NCBI GenBank assembly: GCA_026023565.1
Contig: JAPETS010000009.1
Span: 620,001-684,000 of the forward strand
DNA: 64,000 nt
DNA from: Cirrosporium novae-zelandiae
Taxonomy: Eukaryota
Reading direction: 5' to 3'
Notes under the pieces: generated by a model
What the model saw: only the letters and a program-made list of their open reading frames with translations
What the model was told of the DNA's origin: nothing
Database searches by the model: none
Made by a program: the position numbers and the translations under genes
Part shown: in pieces, positions 62,800 through 64,000 of the stretch
Layout of the letters: every line of letters starts with the position of its first letter
Position numbering within the stretch: position 1 is the stretch's first letter

Positions 62800-64000
62800 T
62801 TCCATGAACAAACCCGAGTAGAACTCACCAGACCATTGTTTCATCATTCACCAAAAACTCGAAAAAGAACCAATTGAGACAGAACAACATATCCGAGGGA
62901 GCTCTATCATTTCCTTTGGTCCATTCTCCTACATGCAGCTTAGCAATTTGTGGTTGGTTGGGGTTCACTGTTAAATCAAGAAATCCATCACTTATTTCAA
63001 CCAACTTATTTTGAACCGCAAACCGCCTTTGCTGCTGCAACGTGGTTTACTCTTCGCCATAATAACCAAACGAAGAAGTCGCTTGCTACAGTCCTTGCGC
63101 AAGCTTAGCTTCAGGAGGTCCAGGTCCTCCTGGTCTTTCTATCCAATCGGTCGCTGCCCCTAGAATATCATCCAAAAACTCACAATGCCCTGGTGTTTTA
63201 GATTCGTCATGAATACAACCGCTTCATTTTCCAGTAGTCAATGCAGTTGTATCTTCACCGATACTGCTCAGCCCACGACTCTAAACATCAACCCCTGGAT
63301 GACCCATCATGCTGACCGTATTCATGAAAGGAATCGTCTTGGAAGAGATCTGAAAGAGAAGAGAGTATCTAGTCTCGAGTTCTAAGTATTTGGCTTGTAG
63401 TTCTTTGGCTTTCGGTTGTGGTTTTTTCTTTCTTGCCCTTTAGAGACCTCAGAATACCATGTTAAACGTACAATGCAATATTTATGAAGTAAAGAAATAT
63501 GCATTCCCCAAAAGGGTCCTTCGTTTCATTTCGTCTAATCTATGCTCATAAGCACACTCTTGTATATAGTATTCCGTTATGACATGTCACATATGCAGAT
63601 CCACATACAGCCTTCAACCGTTTGCTACCAGGAGATCTTCAAGCAGAATGACGTGCCGAATACACAACTCATTGTGGGCCAGAATTGACTGTCAAACATG
63701 CCCGGAAGACCTCTTTGCAAAGGGATATTTGCTCACTGATTCTAGATCATGCCGTGGCCCCATAACCTCTTTGAGCAATAGCCCTTGCCACGACACTCGC
63801 AAATCGTCCCACGAGATCATTATCCTGTTTTGCTGTCTCAATCGCCAACAAGATCCTCTTGATGCCAATACCTAGCTCTTCGCTTCCTGTCAAATCTCTA
63901 ATTTCCTGGATGCCCCTCTGGATATCCGGCTCTGAGAAAACGGTGGCATGCTTCATGACAAATTGAAGCTCTGCATGCGAACTCACATTCGGAACAGGAA
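62800..64000 (-). pseudogene. Probable degraded gene of unknown family, possibly extending beyond the window end
   Basis: Successive protein-like segments on the minus strand (63986-63747; ARKKKPQPKAKELQAKYLELE; HCEFLDDILGAATDWIER; 63040-62825) are broken by stops and frame changes that I could not resolve with introns. Confidence 0.35.

Overview
Eukaryotic DNA from a filamentous ascomycete (Pezizomycotina-like): short GT-AG introns with CTAAC/CTGAC branch points and many microsatellites. About 1.8-33.3 kb is a dense block of housekeeping genes: Ark1/Prk1-type kinase, alkaline ceramidase, LYS9, EAF, COG8, UBE2O-like E2, DET1-like phosphatase, PRKRIP1, CCT3, Arp11/RO7, GEN1 and DGK1. About 33.8-52.7 kb is gene-poor and repeat-rich. 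It holds a 5-exon HeLo-like-domain gene, a KXD1-like gene, a small single-TM ORF, an ankyrin relic and an uncharacterised intronless membrane protein. Next come a small protein combining an MGFxxFG motif with a TTDN1/MPLKIP-like C-terminus, and a large PAS-containing hybrid histidine kinase. A broken DUF3669-like gene sits at the left edge and a probable gene relic at the right edge. I could not support any tRNA, rRNA, CRISPR array or intact transposon. The best leads are the TTDN1-like protein, the HeLo-like gene, two tandem arrays built from the PacC-type GCCARG motif, two GC-AG introns and a possible split GAF domain in the kinase. Exon boundaries were assembled by hand and family calls come from motif recognition, not database searches.
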